In this document: positions 37,728 through 48,860 of the stretch, piece by piece
How the letters are laid out: every line of letters begins with the position of its first letter
Numbering within the stretch: position 1 is the first letter of the stretch
NCBI RefSeq assembly: GCF_018350175.1
Contig: NC_058369.1
Span: forward strand, 120,714,001 to 120,778,000
Length of the DNA: 64,000 nucleotides
Reading direction: 5' to 3'
Origin: Felis catus
Taxonomy: Eukaryota
Made by a program: the position numbers and the translations under genes
The notes under the pieces: generated by a model
What the model was told of the DNA's origin: nothing
The model's database searches: none
Seen by the model: the letters and a program-made list of their open reading frames with translations, nothing else

Positions 37728-39730
37728 TGTCCCAGGATTTTTATAGACTGCCTGAAAGTTAGCCACAGGAGAGATACTGGGGTGGGAATGGTGTTGGGGC
37801 GGGGGTGGATTCTAGCTCTAGGCCTTCCAGAATCTATTAAGTGGCTTCTGGCAATTAAAGGCAGGCCCTCTGGGCCTTAGCCTCCTCCCCAAGGAAGTGT
37901 GGACGTGTGTGTGTGTGTGTGAGTGTGTGTGTAAGGGCAGAGGATGATCTATAAAGTTCCCTCCAGCTCTGAGTTACTGCTCTTTGATTAACTAAATCAT
38001 TTTAAGGGACCAGAGCATCAAACAGGCTCTATTATTTAGGCCTGTGATTTTGACATTTGTATTCTCTCGGGTCTCAGGATTTCTTGGGAGACTTCTATTG
38101 CATATACTGAAACACATTTGACGAGTACTTGCTTACTTTCCCAAGTGCCATTTTATCTATTTCCCTTGAAAAAAACAAAGGTTTTTTTTGTTAATTCATC
38201 ACTCCAAATATTGGACCGATGGTCACAGAGACATTGCATACCTTCAAAGATTTCAGGTTTTGTTGTTGTTTTTGTTTTCGTTACTGTATTTTGGTGTCTT
38301 TCTGCATTTTTTTTTCCTGATGAATCTAGTTTGGCAGAAACTCTAACCTTACAGGGCGTCTCCTCATTACCTCCGAATGCAAAGAATAACCTGAACTTGT
38401 CAACTGTTTCACTAAACCTGTGGGTGCTCAGGCGACCGCATCATGCATCATGGACATCTTTTCTGCTTTCCTTATCCGTCAGGGCCAATCAGATGTTTTT
38501 CCTCTTAACATCGATAACTCTTGGATGCTTCCTCACAAACACATCAAATATCTCACTTGCTTATTGGTCTCACATGATGTAAAATTTGATATTAATTTTA
38601 AATTCTAACGGTTCAATCCTTTCACCCTTTCCGCTTACTACAACAGACAGCCTAACACTAGACTGAAAATAGTCATCGCAAGGTGAAAGGCAACCCTCCC
38701 TGTCCCCGTAAGATCCCTCTTCCTTGGCATTTACAATTGCACAGGAGATTCTGAATCCACACTCTGTAGCCACACCAGGCGCCCTTACTTATAAAATGGA
38801 GCATTTTATATTTGTTACCCCCTTCTAAGTTTGTATGTCTCTCGTTTTGATCTGAACCGGCTGACCTGCAGTGCCTAGAAGGCTGCTAACACCAGGCCTC
38901 AGCATTAATGATACAGGATGTGCTCCCAATAACAAAAAGACCGAAGTCCTCAAAATGCAATCCTTGCCTCATTTACTCGTGTAGAAAACATGACGGCTCT
39001 GTGGCAAAAGCAGCAAAACAAAACAAAACAAAACAAAAACCCTTCAGGAAGACTGTGGATACACGGTCTTTGTGTGCACTGGCAAAACCAAATCAAACCC
39101 AAACAACACCCCGAATGTCTTACTATCTAGTATATAGTCTCAGATTTGAAATAACTCTCCCCCCAACAAAAAGGGTGAGGAATATACCCATATTATTTGA
39201 TCCTCAAATTCAGCTTTGGGGAAGTAATGTGACAATATTTACAAACACCAGTGGCCCTCTGTAAAAGGTGCTGGTTTCTATACTTCATAACCTTTGTTCC
39301 TGACGCACAGGAACGTGTGACATTTGTTACACACTGGGGCCACTTCTCCAGCTGAAACACTGTGTGTGGATAGAGCATAGGTTGAAGCACACGCACCCAC
39401 TTTCTGGGTAGCCTTTCTTCTGATTTCCTTGTGATAGGGTATGCCTTTAGGGCTACACAGCACTTAAAGAAATCAAAACAGTTAATGAAAGACACAGTTA
39501 GATAAACACTCCAAGGTGATCGAAGGTTTAAAATACAGCCCAAGTAAATTCAAAGAGGCCGGGACCGTTCTTTTGTCCATTTCCAGCCCACACATCTGCC
39601 TCCTGAGCTCAGACAGCACCCCAGATAGACCTTCTCTAACAACAACAAAATGCCTGAGTGCCACGGGGATTCTAGGACCCTCGTCAGATGGTTCTCATTG
39701 CCCCAGGGCAACGCAGGCCCCAGGACTCAC

Positions 39731-39862
39731 TTCAAAGGCTTGAAACCACCTCTCCTCCCTGATGTATTTCACGCAGTCATCACACTGCTTCTGGAAGTAC
39801 TTTCTCTGCTTCTCATCCAATAAGCCAATTTGGTACAGGAATGTTGCATAGCCCCCTATGAT
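39731..39862 (-). CDS. CPVL: CPVL coding exon (exon 9 equivalent), 132 nt, IIGGYATFLYQIGLLDEKQRKYFQKQCDDCVKYIREERWFQAFE
   Basis: tctcctcag|ATC ... GAA|gtgagt. Lies inside ORF 39695..39892 and matches recalled human CPVL. Confidence 0.97.
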
Positions 39863-39989
39863 CTGAGGAGAGAAGAGAAACACAAATGCCACACGGAGAG
39901 AAAGAGAGAAGTTAGGGACCCACTTGCTTGATGAAATAACCCTTTGTAATTCATTGAGCGCGTGCTGAAATTAGCCAAGCAAGACAATT

Positions 39990-40195
39990 ACACACACACA
40001 CACACGCACACACACACACTCACACACACAGATCTCACAGAACACACAAACACGTACACAACACGTACAAACATACACAATACACATACCACCCACAATG
40101 CCCACACATACCACAAGCTTACACACACAACCCACATGTGCACAAAATTCACACAAACGTATCACACACACGTGCGTGCCCCACATTCGCACTCA
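39990..40195 (+). repeat. Degenerate (CA)n low-complexity tract (UG-rich in the pre-mRNA)
   Basis: About 200 nt of interrupted CA repeats inside the 534-nt intron. Confidence 0.92.
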
Positions 40196-40396
40196 CCCCC
40201 AATCTAGGCTGACATAGGGAGTTGACAGCTTAAAACATTTTGTAAAACTTGGAAGATTTCAATCATTAGAAAATCAACTGGGCAACATTATTTCCTTCTA
40301 CCAAGTTAGGTCTCTAAGGTAAGAGGAGCCTCCATTTGACGAAAGGGGATTTAATCTTTTCAGGGACAGAACAGAAAAGAAAAAGGAGACACCTAC

Positions 40397-40519
40397 TGAT
40401 TCGGGATCAGAATACGCATCCCCAATAGCAACTCCTTTCAGGTTGATTTTCGTTGTCATCACGGGGTTCAATGTATGGATATAGTGTGCGAGGGCTGGCA
40501 CGTACTTCCCTGCGTAAGA
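40397..40519 (-). CDS. CPVL: CPVL coding exon (exon 8 equivalent), 123 nt, SYAGKYVPALAHYIHTLNPVMTTKINLKGVAIGDAYSDPES; first codon is the catalytic Ser
   Basis: cttctcag|TCT ... TCA|gtaggt. GESYAG nucleophile motif and INLKGVAIGD motif; lies inside ORF 40298..40552. Confidence 0.98.
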
Positions 40520-40582
40520 CTGAGAAGGGCGGGTGTTAAAATGAACCATCACAAATTGGTGCTATAAAAATTACGTGGTTAT

Positions 40583-40793
40583 GGGGCGCCTGGGTGGTTC
40601 AGTCAGTTAAGCGTCCGACTTCAGCTCGGGTCACGATCTCGCGGTCCGTGAGCTCCAGCCCCGCGTCGGGCTCTGGGCTGATGGCTCAGAGCCTGGAGCC
40701 TGCTTTGGATTCTGTGTCTCCCTCTCTTTCTGCCCCTCCCCAGCTCACACCCTGTCTGTCTGTCTCTCAAAAATAAACAAACATTAAAAAAAA
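40583..40793 (+). mobile_element. CanSINE antisense to CPVL, 63 nt from the exon 8 acceptor
   Basis: Full head and tail; degenerate TSD tataaaa(a)tta(c/t)gtg. Confidence 0.95.
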
Positions 40794-41361
40794 GGTATAA
40801 AATTATGTGTTTAAGCTAATTAAAGAAAGACAGCAGTATTTCCACATGAGACATACCATATATTTTCTTTACCTTACGCTGTAAATTCCACAATAGCACA
40901 GAGCTCTGTCTGTCACTTCTTTTATCATTCCAAATAGCACCCGTGACATGCAAGTCATGGGTGAGGTGCACAAAAAATGACAAGTGGATGTGTAATAGGC
41001 GAACAGTCTAACTTCCTCCCAAAATAGCATGGGCCAGTGAATACAATTCCGCCACCCACAGAACCTTTCTTACCAGAAAGCTCCATTGAAAACTTCATTT
41101 ACAAAGAAAAAGAAACCCCCAAGGCCAAAATTAAGATTTCAAAATACTTATGATGATGCAGCTTGAAAGCAACATGTATTAAAGCAAGAGGAAAAGGAAA
41201 GTAGTATTTATTGGCTACTGAAATTGTCACTTGACAACTATCTCTGTTTCCAACCTTTCCAAGTACAGAGTTCTTTTCCAATTTTAAAATATTCTGTGGA
41301 TGCAAACATTATAATTCTGCTTTTAGATTATGCTGACAAAAGCTACTATTCAGGGAGATTT

Positions 41362-41417
41362 AAAAAATCGTTTTGTATTTTTTACATTAAAAAAAATCGT
41401 TTTGTATTTTTTACATT
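41362..41417 (+). repeat. Tandem duplication of aaaaaatcgttttgtattttttacatt
   Basis: Two identical 27-mers. Confidence 0.9.
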
Positions 41418-41419
41418 TT

Positions 41420-42365
41420 TACATTTGGACCATCTCCACCTTCATGTCTAATATCAAACTTCATATGTTCAAAATGAAGCTCTAATCCCCAAGCCTTCCA
41501 ACAGCCTCTCTATTATTAACTCTGTTCTAACTGCTTAGACCAAAAATCTTGGTGCCATTCTTTCCCCCCCCCCCGCCCCCGCCACACACACTCTCTCTCT
41601 CTCCCCACAAAAGTTCATCAGCGAGCCTTGTCAATTGCACCTATTCTGTCAAAATAGGTCCAGGATCCGGTGTTTTCACATACCCATATTTCATCACCTT
41701 GCTCCAGGTTTGCTCCTCTTTTGCCTGGATTATTGCAGTGGCCTAACCACCGCCCCCTGCCCCCGCTGTTGTCCTTCCCCTCATCCAGTCTATTTTCAAG
41801 ATGGTGGTCTACTAGAACATAAATTTGAACCCTCTGATGACTTCTCATCTCCTTCAGAGTAAAAGCAAAAGTGCTTTTTTGGAGGCATAAGGATTGGCAT
41901 GATCTGGTCACTTCATTAACACTATCCCCTGCTCCCTTTTTGCTCATTCCTCTCCAGCCCGTCTTGGACCATAATCATGATTGTGATCCATACTGGCCTC
42001 TTCCACCAGGGCCTTTGCATTAGTTGTTCCCGCCACCCGGAATGCTCTTCCCTCAGTGTCCTTATGGTTAACTCCCCTACTTCCTTCAGTGAAGCCTTCT
42101 AGGGATGCTTTTCCTCTAAAATTTGGACACCCCCTTTTTTGACATTTAATATTTCTTTTCTCTATGTTTTCATTGAATCCTATTCACTTTCCTATACACT
42201 TCAACTAATTCATCTTGTGCATCGTTATTCTCCCACCCACACTAGAACCAAAGATCCACAAACACAGGGCTCCACGTCTGTTTTGTGGGTTAGTATGTCC
42301 CCTGTGCCTGATGCTGTTTATCTGTTAGTGCTCAGTCAACAGTCATTGAATGAATGGTCTTGAAT
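41420..42365 (+). mobile_element. L2 3' portion
   Basis: cctggattattgcagtggcctaacc, cagggcctttgcattagttgttcc, gtgctcagtcaacagtcattgaatgaatg end. Confidence 0.82.
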
Positions 42366-43132
42366 TAACTTACTTGCATTTGAAAAACGCGAATGCATAT
42401 GTGTTCAAAATAGACTAAAGGCATCATGTGGGTACTTATGAGTCTGCAGACCCTTTGTAATATTTCCAAGGCTCTGCAGGGGTCTGTAGTTCAAAGGCTG
42501 GGAGCCCCCGAGAGCTCTATTAATTCTACCATAATCGCATGCTGGAGATGCCATTACTCCCATTTCAATACGAGGGCATTGAGGTTCAGAGATGTTAAGT
42601 GTCAGAATCAGAATCAAACCTGCCCTGACCTACTCCCAAACTGACACTCCTTCCAAGGTATGATACAATTACGTAATCTGCGTAATTTATACAGGATCTC
42701 CTCACTGATGCAGACCTCTGTGGAGTAGTAATTATTTAGGCAAAGTATTGACTCAAAACAACGTATCCATTCATAACCATGAGCACATTTTAGAGTCCTT
42801 GTGGTAATAAGATGTGTTTACATGCCTGAAATGCAGTTTGCTGCCCAAAAGTGCTATATTCTCATGTGAGGAACAGTAAGTGAACATTTATCGAATATAA
42901 TTTCTGTAAGGTGAACAAAAGAGGCCAAATTTCCTTGAGTAATCGTTTCAGTGGTAAACCTGTATTGTACAGTCTTCATTCAGTAATGGTTTATTAGGCA
43001 ACTCTTCTGTCAAAGGCATCACAGTAGATATTTGAGAAGGCACGAAAATGAATACAACACAAGACTCGTAAAGCTAATGCTTTCTTTTTGAAAAAATATT
43101 ACAGAAAACTTGACTCAAATGTGATAGGGCAA

Positions 43133-43350
43133 GGGCGCCTGGGTGGCTCAGTCGGTTAAGCGTCCGACTTCGACTCGGGTCATGCCCTCCCGGTTTGTGA
43201 GTTCGAGCCCTGCGTTGGGCTCTGTGCTGACAGCTCAGAGCCTGGAGCCTGCTTCGGATTCTGTGTCTCCTCCTCTCTGCCCCTCCCATGCTCATGCTCT
43301 GTCTCTGTCTGTCTCTCAATAATAAATAAATGTTAAAAAAAATTTTTTTT
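43133..43350 (+). mobile_element. CanSINE
   Basis: TSD aatgtgatagggcaa. Confidence 0.95.
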
Positions 43351-43816
43351 AATGTGATAGGGCAAAGTCTACCATTTCATGGATTATTATTCTCACAAGG
43401 TGTACCTTGCCCAGCACATAGTAGGACCATGAAGACACATTTGAGAAATGAATGACTAACCTGTCATTACTGCTAAACATTTTTTCTCTATTGGAGGTCA
43501 TCCCTTAAGTTGTCTTGTTATAAGACCTAGCGATAGAACATCTCTTTGGCTCTTTCTGAGATGGAAGGGCGTGTACTTTAAATTGCTCTATTGAAGGTGA
43601 TGACAAATTTAGGCGAAAACAGACACATTTTTATGGCACCTTTCCTCCCCCTCCACCCCCCCCCCCCCGACCATCATGTGTATCTGGGATATATCCAGGC
43701 AGGAAATTAAGAAGGAACATCCACTCAATTTCTGAGCATCTACTATGATCTACTATGAACAGGCTACCTCCCCCACTTTAATTTGAGCCACCTGACAGTT
43801 AACATTATCTTCCTAT

Positions 43817-44019
43817 GTTTTTTTTTTGGGGGGGGGGACAGAGAGAGACAGAGCATGAACAGGGAAGGGGCAGAGAGAGAGGGAGACACAGAATCGGAAA
43901 CAGGCTCCAGGCTCTGAGCCATCAGCCCAGAGCCCGACGCGGGGCTCGAACTCACAGACCGCGAGATCGTGACCTGGCTGAAGTCGGACGCTTCACCGAC
44001 TGCGCCACCCAGGCGCCCC
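43817..44019 (-). mobile_element. Young SINEC_Fc-type SINE
   Basis: TSD tcttcctatgtttt. Confidence 0.96.
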
Positions 44020-45082
44020 TCTTCCTATGTTTTAAAACGATGAAAGCAAGGGTCTATGCATTTCAATCACGTGCCTGGCTGGGATTTCATCTAGGCTTGG
44101 TTGCCTCCACATCTCCCATCTCGTATCAAATCACATTTCAGGCAAGGGTCCTGGAATAGACTATGAGTCTATCGTCTCCCAAGCTGGGGCTCAGCCCTGG
44201 GTTCATCCCCTACAAGCTTGCTAAGTTGGCCATTCAAAGAAAACACGGGTAGTTCTACAACCATGTCCAAAACAGATTCCTCACTGTTCAGTCCACATCT
44301 GCTCTCCTAACGATGATGTTTATCTCATTTTTGCTTTCTAATGACTATCACACACTTCCGTGCCCTGTGTCAGTGTGACAAATCCTTCACTGCTGTTTTC
44401 ATTAATCATTCCATTGGTTGAGTGGCTCAGGCTGTCACACAGTAGACAATTATGGGATTATTTTATGGAAAACAGACACTGAAACATTATAATGAAATTT
44501 CAATTATTTTCACTCTCCTTGTGGAGACATTTATTTATTTATTTATTTTGCAAGATCGGGTTAGTTTATTCTTCCCAAATCATTTATTTCTCAATTTAAC
44601 GATCTCTGACCACCACAGCACTTTCAAAGACAACCAGACAATAAATCAAATGTTTTATTTACCCAGCTTTCTCTTTTCTGGATGTATTTTAAATAGAATA
44701 GAGACGTATATTTCGGGGAGAGACTTTAGGTTTGTTCACCTATTAGAAATGATCTCTATGGCCCTTAGGACTTCCAGTCGCAATCCTGTAATTTTATGAA
44801 CTCTTGTTTCTTTTGTTCTGAGTCCTGCCTATAATGACGATGGGAACAACAACCAGCACAACTATCAGCCCTGTGGTTTCTCCGATCTCTTGCTGGTGTT
44901 CATCAATGTGGGCAGCAGCTGGCCGGCGAAGCTCCTAAAGCCTGTGAATTAGCACTAACCTTCTACCAGCACATCAGACCCTGGCCTCATAAAAGCTCGA
45001 AACAGCATCAAAGCGATTATAAAAGAAGAAGAGAGGAAAAGCGTGGCCACTAACTATCTGAACATTATTGTTTCAGAATTCA

Positions 45083-45310
45083 GGGACGCCTGGGTGGCGC
45101 AGTCGGTTAAGCGTCCGACTTCAGCCAGGTCACGATCTCGCGGTCCGTGAGTTCGAGCCCCGCGTCGGGCTCTGGGCTGATGGCTCGGAGCCTGGAGCCT
45201 GTTTCCGATTCTGTGTCTCCCTCTCTCTCTGCCCCTCACCCGTTCATGCTCTGTCTCTCTCTGTCCCAAAAATAAATAAACGTTGAAAAAAAAAATAAAA
45301 AAAAAAAAAA
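45083..45310 (+). mobile_element. Young SINEC_Fc-type SINE
   Basis: TSD agaattcag. Confidence 0.96.
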
Positions 45311-46945
45311 GAATTCAGCAGTGACCCTCGAATGAGGACCTCAGCCAGACAAAGGTATTTTTCTAACACAACCACTCAAATTAGGTTAGCCATCAACACG
45401 TCAGGATTTTAGTCTGCCCTTATTATTCCTTCCTAATATTTAAAGAAGCTTCAAGCTGCAGTTTCCAGCACCGTTGTTGTGTGGCTCACGTTTTCCCATG
45501 GTGACCATATTTTGAGCTCGGCTCTGACAAGGAGGACCAGAGATATTAAGGTGTGTTTGTATATGCTTGTATTCCTGGGGCTGAAAAAAGCAGTAAGCCT
45601 CCAGTTTTCTTCTTACATCGGAAGGATCTCGGAATTCAGGTCTCAGTCTTGTATTTCTCCCCACGAGAGGAAAAGGTCTCAACATCACAGCTGAACAGTG
45701 GTTTTCAATCTCAGTCTGCAATCTTTCTGAGTTCTTAAAGGATGTTTGGAACAGCCTAATGGAAATCACGTTGGGAGCATATTGTACTTGTAAAAATAGT
45801 CTAGAGAGAATGTAATGCTTGGTTAATTATCCAGATGTGTAAAAGCACAATGAACTAGGGACTTAAAGAAACTTGTAATTGCGTATTCCGTCGCAGCCCT
45901 CCCTTCTTACATGTTCCCGCAACATTCACAGCGGGCTTCCTGTACCCCTGCCACCCGGTTACTTTTAAAGGAGGAAAAAAGATTTCATATCTAAAATCAG
46001 CTCCCCTAGAAGAAAAAAAATCGTGTCAGAGAATAATACTATAATGGAAACAATGTCCTCTTGCAGAAATTTCACATATGTTAGCAGTTACTATTGTTTA
46101 AGCTGCTCTGCGTTTCTCGTCTGCATTTCTTACTAAAGTTTAGGTAAAAAAAAAAAAAAATAGGTGCAGCTATACTCATTCTCTGCCTTGCTTCTAGGTA
46201 TACGTTTTATGGTAAAACATGTGGAACCTTCACCCAGGATAATGAGCAATGGCCTTGGAAATGAGACACACCGAAGCCTGGACACAAAGCGTCACTGTCC
46301 ACGGGTCCTAGTTCCTAAGCCCTGCCTGGAAGTGGAAAAGGCGGAGTTGTCAGCCTCAGGACTGGTATGTTGAGTACCCCCTGCTCTGCTCTGTCCCCGC
46401 TCCCCCAGCCACTCCACCTGGAATGAACGTCTCTTTGAAGAACTCACCTATGGGCTGGTCATAACTCCTCCGTGTCCCCAGAAGGACACAGGGCGGGCTA
46501 CCCTTCTGGAAGGAGTCATAGCAGTGCTGTATCCTCTAGCATATCACCAACCACAGACTGTTGGTGGAACCACCCCCACTTTTGGAGGTGATCAAAGAGA
46601 ATAAGGGGATATGCCTTGAAGAGAGCTTTATACACACATTGAAAAACCTCAAAAATGGGGGAAGAGCCCAAGTGTAATGGAGTAACAGATGATACAGCAG
46701 CCCAGAAGACAGGACTGAGTGAGAGGGGCCTTGACTTCATCTGGCCTCAGGGTAGACTCTTATTTCACTGGGGACCATTATTTTCTCTGAGAGAAGATGT
46801 GTGTCCTTAAAATGGCCAGTTGAGAAAATTAATGAATGGGGGAAGCTGGAACTTCGGTATTGTGGTAATCTGTACAACTTCTTAGACATTTCTAGACCAT
46901 GTGTCATCTAATTTCCAGACCACACTGCTGCAATTAAAAAAAAGA

Positions 46946-47170
46946 GGGGCGCCTGGGTGGCTCTGTCGGTTAAGTGTCCGACTTCGGCTCAGGTCACGAT
47001 CTCACAGTCCGTGAGTTCAAGCCCCGCGTCGGCCTCTGTGCTGACGGCTCAGAGCCTGGAGCCTGTTTCAGATTCTGTGTCTCCCTCTCTCTCTGCCCCT
47101 CCCCTGTTCATGCTCTGTCTCTCTCTGTCTCAAAAATAAATAAACGTTAAAAAAAAATTTAAAAAAAAAA
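46946..47170 (+). mobile_element. CanSINE
   Basis: Full head, (CT)n, A tail. Confidence 0.95.
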
Positions 47171-47369
47171 GGGCAAAAAGAATAAAAGAAGGCTCCCAAC
47201 AAGAGTATGACTTTATCTAAACATCTATTGTTCTGCAAAATGAGCTTAAAAGAAATGTAGAATCTCTAGGAATAGACACATAAGAAAAACATCTTGATCT
47301 GTATCTCTTGGTCACATAGTTATGCAAAGGTACACACTATGCGGCCTTCCAAATGATATATTCTTATTT

Positions 47370-47957
47370 NNNNNNNNNNNNNNNNNNNNNNNNNNNNNNN
47401 NNNNNNNNNNNNNNNNNNNNNNNNNNNNNNNNNNNNNNNNNNNNNNNNNNNNNNNNNNNNNNNNNNNNNNNNNNNNNNNNNNNNNNNNNNNNNNNNNNNN
47501 NNNNNNNNNNNATATATCCAAAGAAAACCAAAACACTAATTTGANNNNNNNNNNNNNNNNNNNNNNNNNNNNNNNNNNNNNNNNNNNNNNNNNNNNNNNN
47601 NNNNNNNNNNNNNNNNNNNNNNNNNNNNNNNNNNNNNNNNNNNNNNNNNNNNNNNNNNNNNNNNNNNNNNNNNNNNNNNNNNNNNNNNNNNNNNNNNCCA
47701 ACCATTTATGNNNNNNNNNNNNNNNNNNNNNNNNNNNNNNNNNNNNNNNNNNNNNNNNNNNNNNNNNNNNNNNNNNNNNNNNNNNNNNNNNNNNNNNNNN
47801 NNNNNNNNNNNNNNNNNNNNNNNNNNNNNNNNNNNNNNNNNNNNNNNNNNNNNNNNNNNNNNNNNNNNNNNNAGACTTGTGGTCACCAGAAGCAGAGGAT
47901 TTGGGGGAGGGGGAGTTGGGGGAAGGAGGCCAAAAGGTACAAACTTCCAGTTCTAAG
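47370..47957 (+). mobile_element. L1 3' portion, mostly N (runs 47370-47511, 47545-47697, 47711-47872)
   Basis: Islands atatatccaaagaaaaccaaaacactaatttga and ggccaaaaggtacaaacttccagtt are L1MA/L1_Carn-like 3' motifs. Confidence 0.75.
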
Positions 47958-48056
47958 TCACAAATTCATTTTCAATTCTAAAAGAAATATTGGCAGGTCA
48001 CATGACCAAAACTGAAACTAGACATTTGTCATGAGCTCAAGAGTTAAAGTGGCTTG

Positions 48057-48282
48057 GGGGTTTCTGGGTGGCACAGTCGGTTAAGCGTCCGACTTCAGCC
48101 AGGTCACGATCTCGCGGTCCGTGAGTTCGAGCCCCGCGTCAGGCTCTGGGCTGATGGCTCAGAGCCTGGAGCCTGTTTCTGATTCTGTGTCTCCCTCTCT
48201 CTCTGCCCCTCCCCCGTTCATGCTCTGTCTCTCTCTGTCCCAAAAATAAATAAACGTTGAAAAAAAATTAAAAAAAAAAAAA
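48057..48282 (+). mobile_element. Young SINEC_Fc-type SINE
   Basis: TSD aagagttaaag(t/c)ggcttgg. Confidence 0.96.
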
Positions 48283-48689
48283 GAGTTAAAGCGGCTTGGA
48301 TGTCATCTAATAAAATTCAGCAAGTTCTAAGCTTTAATAAATAATTGCATTCCATGGACTTCAAGCCTTTATATCACTTGAAACTTTCATTTACTCCATA
48401 AAACTTTATGATCAAAAGCTAAGTCTTTACGATTAAAACTCATACTTCGCCAGAAAGACAGAAACGTGCAAAAGGACAGGGAACTTCTTTTATGTTTGTA
48501 TAAGGTTGATAACCCTTAGAGATTCTGCACGAAACAGGGAAGGGATGTTGACTCCCCTCTAAGCACAGTGCACCTGCTTTCTGGAAGAGGCAGGTCTTAG
48601 CGATGGAGGTTTTGAGGCTCCAGACAGCATCTACACAAGCAGGGTTCCAATCTTTAGCCAGTTTCTTGTCTACAGTCTTTGGGCTCCGG

Positions 48690-48860
48690 AATCCAGCTCC
48701 TTAGTCCCAATCCTCGCTGAGTGACCTTGGTAAGACCTACCTCGCCTCTCCAAGCCTCAGTCATCTCAACTGTATGATGGGGACGATAAGAATAGTGCCA
48801 GCTTCAGAGGGTTGCTATGACATACATAAAACAGTGCTTAGCCCCATGCCTGCCCTACAA
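48690..48860 (+). mobile_element. MIR fragment
   Basis: gagtgaccttggtaagac...aagcctcagtcatctcaactgtatgatggggacgataag. Confidence 0.8.

Noticed and set aside
38118-38582. 154-aa hydrophobic ORF
   Set aside because: Non-ATG start, T-rich low-complexity composition, and no family motif, poly(A) or TSD suggesting a retrogene.
46447-46535. Possible cryptic minus-strand exon with a strong donor AG|gtgagt near 46446
   Set aside because: No convincing polypyrimidine tract or acceptor upstream, and no similarity to CPVL. The exon 7-8 join is already seamless.
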